A stretch of 63,239 nt of DNA, filler included, from Chiloscyllium plagiosum (lineage: Eukaryota): NCBI RefSeq assembly GCF_004010195.1. It is 3 parts of one record of this genome, joined end to end, with 100 filler letters (N's around TTAATTAATTAA, not from the genome) between each part and the next. Parts side by side here need not be neighbours in the genome. Positions count along the whole stretch, not along the records: positions 18,077 to 48,731 come from NC_057710.1; positions 48,832 to 63,239 come from NC_057710.1; 1 more part is not named here. One strand, written 5' to 3'. The translations under genes and the position numbers were made by a program. Under the pieces are notes generated by a model. It was not told the origin of the DNA and did no database searches. It saw only the letters and a list, made by a program, of their open reading frames with translations. Shown piece by piece: positions 38,504-51,569 of the stretch. The first letter of the stretch is position 1. The number at the start of each line of letters is the position of its first letter.

Positions 38504-40975
38504 CCTAGTTCAAAGTATGCAGTTAATCCATGGTTCATCCAAAATAAGTTAAATTGTGGTGGGGGACGGGGAGAGACATGACTGGATGGTCTCTACATTT
38601 TCTTTGATTGTTATTACATTGTAAAGTATGGACTGCAGTTTTGCTTTGCTTTACTAGGTGGTAGGTGCAGTGTGTGAACAAAATAAATGGCATAGACTCA
38701 AGTGTGCAGATTGTGATCTGTGGAAGGTTTGGTAGAACTGTACAATACCCGAATAAAAATTATTTTTACTAGAATTGTACAATATTTGGCCCACTGTACC
38801 TGTGTTTGCTCTTCAAAATCTTGTGGATTTATTTGGTCAGTTCACTGCTGCATTTGTAAGCCACTTATCAGTATCTTTTCAAAATTCTATCCTGTTTTGT
38901 CCCTTTTATCATCACGTTCAAATTTCTTGTCCACTGTTTACTGACCCTGTCAGTATTTACCATGTCAATGCCCCACGTAACTTTGAATGTGTAGGTAAGG
39001 TGTTCGTGTTTTTAAAAAATTCCTTTCTGCCTGATTCTGAATATGATGAGCTCTATAGAGGCCTTTGTCAGTGGGCTGACCTACATCTGAATGCCTATCT
39101 TGCATTGGATTGAAAAGTTGAATGGGGAAGGTTTACAGGACTTTGGGGAAAGAACTCCGATGATACCCATGAGATGGCTTTAATGAAGAGTCAGTATGGA
39201 CACAATGGGCTGAATTGGCTGGTTCTATGCTGGATGGTCATCATTCTTATGGTAATGCATAAAGAATAACTCCTTTTTTTTCTGTTTCCTCCTCTTGATC
39301 TTCTCCGGGGCAGTCAGTTTTATGGCAAAAAGACTGGTATTGAGATGGAGATTTTCTCGTGCTGGTCGTGGCATTCGTAGTGATTTTTGCAGTGGGTTTA
39401 GTTGCTTTTTATTTTTAGAAAGGTTTTGGAAACCTCTAATGTGCTTGCTTTAAACATATTTGTTTTATTTTAAATAGCTCCTTGCATTTTTGTGTCCCGT
39501 TTTCCTGAGGTTGTAAAACTCATATTAGTGATGTGAAGGAAGTGGAAAGTAGGAAGGAAGAGTTGACTGATGTTTGGACAAAGAGTTGAGTCTAGTCCTT
39601 TAGTCTCTCGCCTTGGTGATCTCGCAAGGCATCAAACTGTTATGCAGAAATGTATGTACCTAATTGGGACCATGTCTTCAGTGTGATGTTGAGAGAGTGC
39701 ATCATTGTAGTAATTATGTTGTATGTTGCAAACATTCAGCATGGGTCCCATTGCTCCCACAAGTGGACATAAAGAGCATGTGTCCTTGTCTCAAAGATGA
39801 GTTCTTTCAGGTGTGTTGACATTTACCAGTATTAGTGGAATATTTTTGAATGTCACTGTAATGTTCCAGTTTTTGGGAGCTAGCCATGTGGAAATTGTAT
39901 TATTTCCCAAAGGTACTACAATGATCAGGTACTCTTGGCTGTGGAATTCTTTTGGATGTGAAAGGGGACAAAAATCTGAAGGAAGAGTCCTGTGTAGCTC
40001 GCTCACTCACTCCCACCTTTTCTTGGCGCAAATGTTGCCATACCTACTGAGTTTCTCCAGCACTTTGTATTTTTACTGCACAGATTGAAGTGCATGGTCA
40101 GTTGACATCCTAGACTGTACTGGAATGTAGTTTAGCTTGTATTGAGGAAAGGAGGATTGTGAAGAGCCAGTGATCAGGTTTTATCTGACTCCTTTTTTTG
40201 TTTTGTTTCTTTACACACTATGAAAGTATAGTGTGTGTGTGTGTGTGTGTAAATATGTGATGCTGTCTTGCAGCAAAAAGGTTTGTACCTTCTCCACACA
40301 AACACACACTGACAAAGTTTGGTAATTATTTGCAGTAATTGGGTGATTTTGAGTATTTTGTTTTACCCTGTTTCTGCACCTTTTCTGGTAGTCTTTTTTT
40401 TTCAATGATCTTGACTTCCCTCCACTCTGCCCCCATTAGGTACTTTGTACCTAAGATGGTACCATGAGAGATGACATTGTAAACTTTTATCACAGTACTC
40501 CTGTACTTGAGTACACAAGACAATAAAACTTAAGTCTGATTCTGCTTGCTCGTGGTGCAATTGGAAGATCAGCTCTGAGATGGAATCTTCTCGCAAACCT
40601 GTCCCCATGCTGCACCAAGACATTTGGTGATGGGACACTTGCGTGGTGAATATGTCAGCCCTGTGCTTGTGTGTTTTAATTTTGGCGGGAGCAAATAGTT
40701 TTTGCCTCTGCCAACTCTTCAAGAACGAGTTTGGTTGCGGCAGAAGTCCATGAACATTTTGAAGCACAAGATATGTTGATGTTTGTCTTTGTTATTTGTG
40801 AACCTTTTCAAAGAGAACAGTTCAGAGTTTTTAAAAAATTTATTCATAGGCTCTGGGTCTCAAGTGTGATTAGCATTTATTGTCCTCCCTTCCACCGCCA
40901 ACGTAATGGCACTGACCAAGTTCAGGAGTTAGCTGTGTCTCAGCAATAATTTTGGTTGAATACTTTCCTCTCCAG

Positions 40976-41195
40976 GGAGAAAGTGAGGACTGCAGATGCT
41001 GGAGATCAGAGCAGAAAAATGTGTTGCTGGAAAAGCACAGCGGGTCAGGCAGCATCCAAGGATCAGGAGAATCGATGTTTCGGGCATAAGCCTTTCTTCA
41101 TTCCTGAAGAAAGGGCTTATGCCCGAAACGTCGATTCTCCTGCTCCTTGGATGCTGCTTGACCTGCTGCGCTTTTCCAGCAACACATTTTTCAGC
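40976..41195. mobile_element. Fold-back PLE-derived mini-element (family A) with hammerhead motifs on both strands
   Basis: TSD tactttcct(c/g)tccag (40961-40975 / 41196-41210). Plus-strand ctgaagaaagggcttatgcccgaaacgtc at 41104-41132. Confidence 0.85.
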
Positions 41196-44100
41196 TACTT
41201 TCCTGTCCAGTCAAACACTTTTTTTTATTATCAAGTGACGCTAGACCTGAGCAGTCCAGGTTATTATTGAAAGACCAAAGGCATTGACAGTGGAAATGTG
41301 TGGCAGTTGCTGAAGGATGACTGATCTGGCAGGGTGCGCTATGCTGAAGTGAATATATTGATGTTTTCAATTTATAATGGAAACAGTCTTTATGCTAAGA
41401 TACGTTTATCAACTGCAGTATATTAATTGTCACTACACTGACTCTATTGACTAATTTTTATTTCTGTATGGTTATTGCTTTGGCATCTTGTGTGAACTTT
41501 GATCGACAGTGGTACTGTGATGAGTTCGTTTGGCTTGAAGTTCCAAGGTTCACATATTGTGCAGGGTGTTGTTACCTTCCAACAGGAACTACTCCTGAAT
41601 CCTTCAAGCCTTTTTACTATTGGTTATACTAGGTGAGGTGTGACAACTTGGCCCTTGTCTTTTTAACTCCCTTGGTTGGCCGCAAACAAAACTTTGCTTT
41701 ATATGCATGTTGGTCTACCTCCGTCCAATACAACTATTACTCCCTAGTTCATCAGAATCAAATAATTACAAGGTTTTCTTCAGTGAAAGGGAAAGCAAGT
41801 TCGCCCCTGGAAAAATAATCACATAAAACTCACAAGCATAAAAACAACAGTTTTGAAAAGAGGGAAGTGCCAAGTGTAAAACGGAAAGTTTAAGAAAAGT
41901 CCTTTGGAATGTCCTTGAGATGCTAGGTTTTAACCTGAGACCATGGTTGTTGAGTTGACGTCTTTTGTATCTTCAGCATTCACAAATTTTGCAGATATCT
42001 TTTGAGTTCCAGTGACCAAGGATCATGGGGTAAAAGGCATGAAAGTGGATGTGAGGAATTGGCAATGTATCTTGGGATCAGCCATGATCCTGTTGAATGG
42101 TAGAACAGGCTGAAGGGGTCGAATGACCTACTTCTGGTCTTTTTTTTATGGCTCAGATTGGTCTTTATTTATCTCCTGTTAGTTCCACAAAGTGGGTTCA
42201 GCTGTGGTCAGCTAATTGCTGTGGCCATTTTGTCAGTATCTCTTTTTTTTCTGTCTTAAAGCTTTTTTTTTTAAGTTCATGAAGGGCACTGGGGTTTAAA
42301 ATCAGATGATGGAAGTATACTGTCCCTATTTTGCTACTATTGTCCTACTGGGTCTGGACTATCCATTTCCCAGTTTTGGAATTGCTTTGGGTGATGACGG
42401 ATGGTAAGGTCACTTAATATCATGGTACAATGTTTCTTTATCTCCTAACTGCTAATATCAATACTTGTGGTCATTGCTTTGGGACCCCATCCAGTACTGC
42501 CCGGCACTATCCAAGTTGGTTAGTATAGATGCCCTCTTTTTCTTGCCTTTGGAGTCATAAGATTTATAAAATAGCTATCAAGTAAATGGGGAAGCAATAG
42601 TCTAATGGTGTTTATCGCTGGACTGATAATCCAGAAACCCGGGTAATATTTTGGTGACCTGTTCAAATCTTGACACGGCAGATGGTGGAGTTTCAGATCA
42701 GTTTTTAAAAAAAAATCTGAAAGGAAGAGTCTAATGGTGACCATGGATCATTTGTCAGGCAAACCCAGCTTTTAAGGAAGGACATTGCTGTGGGATGATG
42801 GATGAGGAATAAATGCTGGTATTGTCAGCAATGCCCTCATCCCATGAATGAATTTTAAAAAAACCTGAGAGAGAGCATTGTCCCTTTATTAACCCATCTT
42901 TTTTTTTTTGCTTCCCCATTTAGCATCTGAAATAATGTTTTTTTTTAATCCCTTAAGGTATATTTCAATCTTTTGAAGACATTTCTGTTGCTAGCCATCC
43001 ATCCTAACATATCTAGTTACCAGTTTAGACCTCCTGTAATATATTTTACAATTGATATTTTGACTAGACCTTTCCTTTTTTGGACTTTCAATGTACTCTA
43101 AATTAAAGTGAGTTTTCAGAACTTTCAAAAATAGGGATAATCTTTTGAGCATATAGTATTCACTATTCCTCCAGCTTCCCCGATGTCCTCGTGTCTTGGT
43201 CAGAGCTGAGCATATTATCAAAGTTTTAAGGTCTAGAATTGCTCTCTGTCTCTCTTTTCCAAACCTGCTACCCCTCAATGTTCACTGTTCCCCTGTTTTT
43301 ATCTATTTATCGTCCCTTTTTATAAAGCTGTTTTAAAACCGATCTCTCTGACCAAACATTTGGTCACCTGTTCCATTATATCCTCCTTTTTAATTGTCCC
43401 AGTGAGGTGTCTTGTGAGATTTATTTAAAGTTGAAGGCATTGTATAAGTGCAAGTTGTGTGTTTTCATCAATGTAACTTAATCAAGGCATTGTGCTTTGA
43501 CTCCTACTCTGCATTGGCTAGACGTACTATGCATCAATTCCCTTTGACTATGTTTCCATACCCTCTGTGTTACATTCCTTTTTATGTATCATCTGCATAC
43601 TTTGTTGACACTCAATTCCTTAACACAACTTTTGAATCTTTAGTTTTCAAATTTCTCCTCGTAATTGTACGAACTCTGTCTTTATCCTGTCACCTTCCCC
43701 ATTTGCCCAGCCGTGCAACTAAGTATTCCTCTTCTGTTTGTTCACTGCTTTAATCTAACTAAATGAGGGTGAGGAATTGAAAAGAGTCAGATGCCCTCCC
43801 TAAAGCGCATATTTTCTTGACTGGAGACTCTGCATATTGTACACGCAAATCTCATTGACACCATTAACAATAGCACTTACCATTGTTTGGGCACTGATTT
43901 TATAATTAAATGGCAAGCATCTTTTTTTTTGGGGGGTGGGGGGAAGAAAGATATGGTAAATAAAAGTTTATTTCTAAAGCTATTTGGCTGAATTCCAGTG
44001 TGGGGATCCCTTGTGAGTCCTGAGAGAGTCTGTTCCTGATATTGAATTCAAGCTTAGCCTCATTTTTGCCCGTGAATGCTTCCATGGAACATTTATGCAG

Positions 44101-44981
44101 CCGCGTGTGAAGTTCTTTATTTATTTTGGCACTCCCTTGCTGCCATACGTGGGTGCTGACCCCTGTGTCATCCTTCTGCCACTGTTGGGGAAAGGCTTGC
44201 TAATTGTTTGGCAATCACTTCAGTCAACTGAGACAGTCAAAGCCAAAACCAGGAGCAAGCCTTGCTGCAATATGAGGACACAATAACGTTATTCATCTCC
44301 CTAGAGGGGAAGTGTCTTGCTGATTTTATAGTCTGTTTTGGAAAGATTTCTGATGGTGCAGTTTAAGAGTTTAAATTTGCATGCCTGGTGGGGTTTTGAA
44401 TAAATTTTTTGGGGAAACAATTGCACTTAGCATTTCAATTGTATTTTTTTTGTTATAAACACACACAGGAATTGGATGTCCATTTTTCATGCTTTGAAAC
44501 TTTTTGTTTTGTTATTCAATTTTCTGCCTTGCGTGTCATTGTGATAAGCCTTTCTCCTTTTAGAATTATTTTGTCTCTGCCTCATAGCCATTCTTTCTGT
44601 TGTTTACTTTAGATCCGCACTGTCTCTTTTTCTGTCACCACCCCCAAGCCCAAATCAATTTTTCTATATTGGCCTAGGGCTAAAAATACCAACAAGATAA
44701 AAGGCTGTAAAATCTGCCCCTTAAATCCCAACAAAAGCAGACATTTCTTCTTGCTCACCATGAGTTCAGAAATACATTGAAATATTTCCAGGTTCTTGAA
44801 ATAAATCAAATGTGAAGACAGCCTTTCTTTTCCCTTCTTGATCAGGAATTATGTCTCTACGTTAGGACGGAAGCATGTAATGTAATAAAATTTGAGTAAT
44901 TGTTTTTCTGTTTGGAGATGTTATAACACACGCCTGAGGCAGGATGGACTTCGAAACCAGACCTCCTGGTTCAGAGATAGG

Positions 44982-45058
44982 CGCTGGAAAAGCGCAGCAG
45001 GTCAGGCAGCATCCAAGGAGCAGGAGAATTGACGTTTCGGGCATGAGCCCTTCTTCAG
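44982..45058 (-). mobile_element. Tiny family-A insertion with intact hammerhead core
   Basis: Minus strand reads ctgaagaagggctcatgcccgaaacgtc (45031-45058). Direct repeat ttcagagatagg (44970-44981 / 45054-45065). Confidence 0.75.
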
Positions 45059-45167
45059 AGATAGGGACAATATCACTGCATGACAAGGTGTCTTTATAAT
45101 AGCTGAGCACACTTGAGTCCAGGAGAGACTGTGTGGCTGAACCGTTAATTTACCCACTTCTTTCTAG

Positions 45168-45274
45168 ACGCCAAAACTTGATTTATCCTGCCAGTTGCTT
45201 GTAAGCTGATGGTGTCAGAGGCTACCTGCAACCACTTGTACAACAAAAGTGGTGCCGACAAGTACGAATGCAAG
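45168..45274 (+). other. Candidate internal exon of the gene starting near 35.1 kb
   Basis: Pyrimidine tract + ttctag acceptor and AAG|GTATTG donor. CpG-retaining and non-repetitive. ATG at 45209 gives MVSEATCNHLYNKSGADKYECK in phase 0. Confidence 0.35.
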
Positions 45275-46000
45275 GTATTGGATCCGCATTATTGAAAGTT
45301 GTATCTGCATATCTTCCTTCCTGGTCTCGTTTTGATGGAGCTGGCTTCCAATGGCAAATCCCGAACTGAAGAGTTAGATTGAAAGCAAATTAAACAGTAG
45401 AATATTGCCAGTGAGAAAGTACTTCTCCTGCAGGTTTTAGAAAAAAACCATGACAGCCAAAGGAACATGAAATGCAAAGAAGCTGTAGATCAGCATGATC
45501 TGACTTGGACGAGAGGGGAGCTCAAAATCCATTTGATGCTGTAATGTATTATAAAGGCTGAGCCATAGTGTATGGAAGTTCTAATTAACAGTGGGGCAAA
45601 CATGATCCACTTCTATCCAACCACACAAGTTTACAGCAACCCATCATTCTGGTCTAATTAATCTCTAAATAATGTCAGAGTGTTTCCTCTTGACCTGTCC
45701 AGGGATAAGTGAGAGTTTGTGACCAAATGAGTCCTGATAAAAATTGTGGCCAAATTCTGAATTATTTTTTCTAGCGGTTGTGATTAATTTAAGTGGTGGG
45801 AGATGGTGGCACATTGGTAATGTCATTTGTAATTCTGAATCCCAGGTCAATGTTTTGGGGTCCTGAGTTCAAATTCCACCATGGCGGATGGGGGCATTTT
45901 TGAATTTTAAAAACCAAATCTGGAATAACCCAATGGTTAAAAACCCCATCTAGTTCTCTAATGTCCTTAGGGAAGGAAACTGCCATTCTTATCTGGTCTG

Positions 46001-46161
46001 AGACAGAAAAACACCCTGCAGGTGCTGGAATCCAATGTCAACAGGCAAGAGGCTGGAAGAACACAGCATCAGGAGGTGGAGAAGTCCTGAAGAAGGGTTA
46101 TACCTGAAACGGCGACTTCTATACCATCTGATGCTGCCTGACTTGCTGTGTCCTTCCATTT
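46001..46161. mobile_element. Fold-back PLE-derived mini-element inside a SINE
   Basis: TSD ttatctggt(c/t)tg (45989-46000 / 46162-46173). agaagtc-ctgaaga-a-gggt-tat-acct-gaaa-cggc-gacttct. Confidence 0.7.
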
Positions 46162-46399
46162 TTATCTGGTTTGGCCTACCCACTACTCCAGATCCACAGC
46201 AATTGCCCTCTGGACAATTAGGAATGTACAATAAATGGTGGCCTAACCAGTGACACCCACATCCTATGAACAAATATTTTGGAGACTAAAGCGGTCCTGT
46301 GCCTCCATAAAGATCCCTCTCATTTAGTCTACAAGAGGCTTGGCCTTGTCCTCAGAACTTGGTTCTCATGCACCAGTGGATCCACCTCCCTAACTGTTA

Positions 46400-48570
46400 A
46401 TTGTGAGCATTCTCTAGTGGATTGCAGTTTCATTAGGATGGTACTTTGGAATAGTGATCATAATTCTGAACATTTTAAGATAGTTATGGATAACGAAAAG
46501 ACTGATCCTCAGGTGAAAATGCTAAATTTGAGGAAAGGCAAATTACCACAGTATTAGACAGGGACTGGAGAAACTAGATTCGGGGCAGCTATTTGAGGGT
46601 AAATCCACATGTGACATGGAGACTTTTAAAGGCCTGTTGATCAGCGTTCAGGATCAGCATGTTCCTGTAAAGATGAAAGAATAATTTGACAGGATTTGGA
46701 AACCAGAAGACTAGAAAATAGCCAATATTCTTCCTTTGCCAGAACGGGATAATCCAGGTTTATATAAGCGAACTTTAAGTGAGTGGAATAGAAATTGTTG
46801 GAGACGGGATTTGGTTGCATTTGGGAAAGAATAGACTTCTTATAGATAGTCGGCATGGCTCTGCATGGGGAAGATCTTATTTCACAAACTTGAGTGAGTT
46901 TTTCTTTGAGGAATTGATGAAGATAATTGAGAGTAAGGTAGTGGATGCCAGCTGTATGGATTTCACAAAAGCATTTGAAAGGGTCTGTCATGGTAGGCTG
47001 GTTCAGCAGTTTGTCACATTGAATCCATGGTGAGTTAGTAAGTTTGACAAAGAAAATTGGTTTGGTCATAGAACTCATTGTAGAACTTCAGTCATCCAGA
47101 GTGCCATCCTCTTCTTTCATCTTTACAGGAACATGCTGGTCCTGAACTCTCATCAATTGGCCTGAGGGCCAGTCTGATCCTATTCTATAACTTTTATGAC
47201 CACTATCCCAAAACATCCCTCCACTTTGATCACCTGGCCAGGTGCATTCCCCGATACGAGGTGTGGTACATCCCCTGCCTGAGTTGGACTGGCCACATGT
47301 TATTTCAAAAAACACTCTCCGACGTATCTAACTAATTCTGCCCCATATAAGGGAGTCCCAGTTAATACAGAGAAAGACCAAGGTGTTTCTCTGTGAGTAA
47401 TGGTTTTCTGCAAGGATCAGTGCTGGGACCTCTGTTTGTAATCACATAAATGGTCTGGAAGAAAACAAGGGTGGTCTGATTAACAAGTTTGCCGACAACA
47501 TGAAAATTGGTGAAGTTGCGGAGAGTAAGGAAGGTTATAAACGATGCAGCAGGATATTCGTTGGTTGGAAAGTTGGGCAGGGAAGTGGCAGATAGAGTTT
47601 AATCTGGAAAAGAGTGAGGTAGTTCATTTTGGGAGGTCAAATGCAAGTGGAATATATACTGTAAATGGCCAGACCCTGAGGAGCATTGATAACCAGAGGG
47701 ATTAGATTAGATTACTTAGTGTGGAAACAGGCCCTTTGGCCCAACAAGTCCACACCAGCCCTCTGAAGAGCAACCCACTCAGACCCATTCCCCTACATTT
47801 ACCCCTTCACCTAACATTATGGGCAATTTAGCATGGTCAATTCACCTTTGGATTGTGGGTGGAAACCAGAGCACTCGGAGGAAACCCAGACACTGGGAGA
47901 ATGTGCAAACTGCACACAGACAGTTGCCTGAGGAGGGAATTGAACCAGGGTCTCTGGCGTTGAGGCAGCAGTGCTAACCACTGTGCCGCCCACTAACCCA
48001 ACAAGTTAACCCAACATGGATCTTGGAGTGCAAGTCCGTAACTCCCTGAAAGTGGCAACGCCAAGTGGATAAGATGGCAAAGAAGGTGTACAACAGGCTA
48101 GCCTTCATTGGTCAGGGCATTGAGTATAAATGTTGGCAAGTCGTGTTGCAGCTGTGGAAAACTTCAGTTAGGATATATTTGGAGTATTGTGTGCAGCTCT
48201 GTTCACCACTCCACAGGAAGGATATGGAAGCGTTGGAGAAGATGCAAGAGATTTACCAGAATATTGCCTGGATTGGAGTGTATTTGCTGCAAAGAGAAGT
48301 TGAATTGTTATTACTAATATCAGAGGCTGAGGGGCAAACTGATGGAAGACTATAAAATTAATAGAAGCGTGGTAAATTGGGGTCTCTTTTCAAGGGTGGA
48401 AAAGTCAAATACTTGGGGGCACAGTTTTAAAGTGAGAGGGAAAGCTTTTTTTTTTAAAAGAAGAGATGTGCAAGGCAGTGTTTTTTAACCCAGGAGTTGG
48501 TTGAAGCAGATATGGTAGCAATTTTTAAGAGACGTTTGAGCAGACCCATGAAGAGACAGAGAATAGAGGA
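46400..48570 (+). mobile_element. Degenerate, rearranged CR1-like LINE with a nested HE1-like SINE (about 47700-47992, minus)
   Basis: SRHG..GRSYFTNLSEFFFEEL..MDFTKAFERVCHGRL and YLEYCVQLCSP. Confidence 0.75.
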
Positions 48571-48731
48571 ATACTAGAACATAGAACAATACAGCACAGA
48601 ACAGGCCCTTCGGCCCACTATGTTGTGCCGAACATTTGTCCTAGCTTAAGCACCCATCCATGTACCAATCCAATTGCTGCTTAAAGGTCACCAATAATTC
48701 TGACTCTGCAACTCCCACAGGCAGCGCATTC

Positions 48732-48831
48732 NNNNNNNNNNNNNNNNNNNNNNNNNNNNNNNNNNNNNNNNNNNNTTAATTAATTAANNNNNNNNNNNNN
48801 NNNNNNNNNNNNNNNNNNNNNNNNNNNNNNN
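48732..48831. other. Assembly gap with artificial TTAATTAATTAA linker
   Basis: 100-nt N/linker construct. Confidence 0.95.
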
Positions 48832-49355
48832 AGATCAGCAAGGTGGCCTTTGTGTGGAGCCACAGAAAATGGGGGAGGTACTAAATGAATATTTTGCATC
48901 AGTATTCACTGTGGAAAAGGATATGGAAGATATAGACTGTAGGGAAATAGATGGTGACATCTTGCAAAATGTCCAGATTACAGAGGAGGAAGTGCTGGAT
49001 GTCTTGAAACGGTTAAAGGTGGATAAATCCCCAGGACCTGATCAGATGTACCCGAGAACTCTGTGGGAAGCTAGAGAAGTGATTGCTGGGCCCCTTGCTG
49101 AGATATTTGTATCATCAATAGTCACAGGTGAGGTGCCGGAAGACTGGAGGTTGGCAAACGTGGTGCCACTGTTTAAGAAGGGCAGTAAAGACAAGCCAGG
49201 GAACTATAGATCGATGAGCCTGACCTCAGTGGTGGGCAAGTTGTTGGAGGGAATCCTGAGGGACAGGATTACATGTATTTAGAAAGGCAAGGACTGATTC
49301 GGGATAGTTCACATGGCTTTGTGCGTGGGAAATCATGTCTCACAAAATTGATTGA

Positions 49356-50159
49356 GTTGTTGTGGTTCTGTTCGCCGAGCTGGAAATTTTTGTTGTAAAC
49401 GTTTCGTCCCCTGTCTAGGTGACATCCTCAGTGCTTGGGAGCCTCCTGTGAAGCACTTCTGTGGTGTTTCCTCTGGCATTTATAGTGGCCTGTCCCTGCC
49501 GCTTCCGGTTGTCAGTTTCAGCTGTCCGCTGTAGTGGCCGGTATATTGGGTCCAGGTCGATGTGTTTGTTGATGGAGTTTGTGGATGAGTGCCATGCTTC
49601 TAGGAATTCCCTCGCTGTTCTTTGTTTGGCTTGCCCTATAATGGTATTGTTGTCCCAGTCGAATTCATGTTGCTTGTCGTCTGCGTGTGTGGCTACTAAG
49701 GATAGCTGGTCGTGGCGTTTCGTGGCCAGTTGATGTTCCATGAACATCAACTAGCCATGAAACATCACGACCAGCTATCCTTAGTAGCCACACACGCAGA
49801 CGACAAGCAACATGAATTCGACTGGGACAACAATACCATTATAGGGCAAGCCAAACAAAGAACAGCGAGGGAATTCCTAGAAGCATGGCACTCATCCACA
49901 AACTCCATCAACAAACACATCGATCTGGACCCAATATACCGGCCACTACAGCGGACAGCTGAAACTGACAACTGGAAGCGGCAGGGACAGGCCACTATAA
50001 ATGCCGGAGGAAACACCACAGAAGTGCTTCACAGGAGGCTCCCAAGCACTGAGGATGTCACCTAGACAGGGGACGAAACGTTTGCAACAAAAATTTCCAG
50101 CTCGGCGAACAGAACCACAACAACGAGCATCTGAGCTTCAAATCTTCTCCCAAACTTTG
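49356..50159. mobile_element. Penelope/Poseidon-like PLE 3' end as a 383-bp-arm inverted repeat plus an about 35-nt tail
   Basis: Arms 49356-49738 and 49742-50124. They encode HEHQLA..HEFDWDN..IIGQ..REFLEAWH..SINKHIDLDPIY (GIY-YIG C-terminus). TSD aa(a/c)ttgattgagtt (49345-49358 / 50160-50173). Confidence 0.9.
50046..50085 (+). ncRNA. Minimal type-I hammerhead ribozyme (family D; mirror copy at 49395-49434 minus)
   Basis: gca-ctgagga-t-gtcacct-agac-aggggac-gaaa-cg-tt-tgc: stem I gca/tgc, ACGT stem III, GUU triplet. Confidence 0.75.
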
Positions 50160-51569
50160 AACTTGATTGAGTTTTTTGAAGAAGTAACAAAGAAGATTAA
50201 TGAGGCCAGAGCAGTAGATGTGATCTCTGTGGACTTCAGTAAGGCGTTCGACAAAGTTCCCCATGGGAGACTGGTTAGCAAGGTTAGATATCATGGAATA
50301 CAGGGAGAACTAGCCATTTGGATACAGAACTGGCTCAAAGGTAGAAGACAGAGGGTGGTGGTGGAGGGTTATTTTTCAGACTGGAGGCCTGTGACCAGTG
50401 GAGTGCCACAAGGATCGGTGCTGGGTCCTCTACTTTTTGTCATTTACATTTGGATGCGAGCATTAGAGGTACAGTTAGTAAGTTTGAAGATGACACCAAA
50501 ATTGGAGGTGTAGTGGACAGTGAAGAGGGTTACCTCAGATTACAACAGGATCTGGACCAGATGGGCCAATGGGCTGAGAAGTGGCAGATGGAGTTTAATT
50601 CAGATAAATGCGAGGTGCTGCATTTTGGGAAAACAAATCTTAGCAGAACTTATGCACTTAATGGTAAGGTCCTAGGGAGTGTTGCTGAACAAAGAGACTT
50701 TGGAGTGCAGGTTCATAGCTCCTTGAAAGTGGAGTCGCAGGTAGATAGGATAGTGACAAAGGCATTTGGTATGCTTTCCTTTATTGGTCAGAGTATTGAG
50801 TACAGGAGTTGGGAGGTCATGTGGCGGCTATACAGGACATTGGTTAGGCCACTGTTGGAATATTGTGTGCAATTCTGGTCTCCTTCCTATCAGAAAGATG
50901 TTGTGAAACTTGAAAGGGTTCAGAAAAGATTTACAAGGATTTTGCCAGGGTTGGAGGATTTGAGCTATAGGGACAGGCTGAACAGGCTGGGGCTGTTTTC
51001 CCTGGAGCATCAGAGGCTGAGGGGTGACCTTATAGAGGTTTACAAAATTATGAGGGGCATGGATAGGATAAATAGACAAAGTCTTTTTCCTGGGGTTGAG
51101 GAGTCCAGAACTAGAGGTCATAGATTTATGGTGAGAGGGGAAAGATATAAAAGAGACCTAAGGGGCAACTTTTTCACGCACAGGGTGGTACGTGTATGGA
51201 ATGAGCTGCCAGAGGAAGTGGTGGAGGCTGGTACAATTGCAACATTTAAGAGGCATTTGGATGGGTCTATGAATAGGAAGGGTTTGGAGGGATATGGGCC
51301 AGGTGCTGGCAGGTGGGACTAGATTGTGTTGGGATGTCTAGTCGGCATGGACAGATTGGACCGAAGGGTCTGTTTCAGTGCTGTACATATCTATGACTCT
51401 ATGACTCTATCTGTAGAGAGAAAACAGAGTTAACATTTTAAGTACAGTTTCAGAACTGCCAGACCAGAAATGCCACTCCAAGCCTTGTTGAATTTCTGTT
51501 TCTCTTTAAGCATTTACCCTGTTAAGCCTCTGAAGAATCTTATATGTTTAAATAATTATTTTTTTTTTT

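Larger units (their letters stand above)
48832..51410 (+). mobile_element. Young CR1-like LINE (HER1-like partner of HE1), ORF2 RT region, interrupted by a PLE palindrome
   Basis: ORFs 48854-49282 (KSPGPD..PEDWRLANVVPLFKKG..PGNYR), 50160-50513 ([22 protein letters not shown]) and 50450-51322 ([19 protein letters not shown]). Tail ctatgactctatgactctat. Confidence 0.93.

Noticed and set aside
45178..45181. In-frame TGA as possible selenocysteine after the putative splice
   Set aside because: The same frame meets another TGA at 45207. There is no selenoprotein similarity or SECIS evidence.
50450..51322. 290-aa ORF as a host gene
   Set aside because: It is the CR1 ORF2 C-terminal region, frameshifted and interrupted upstream.
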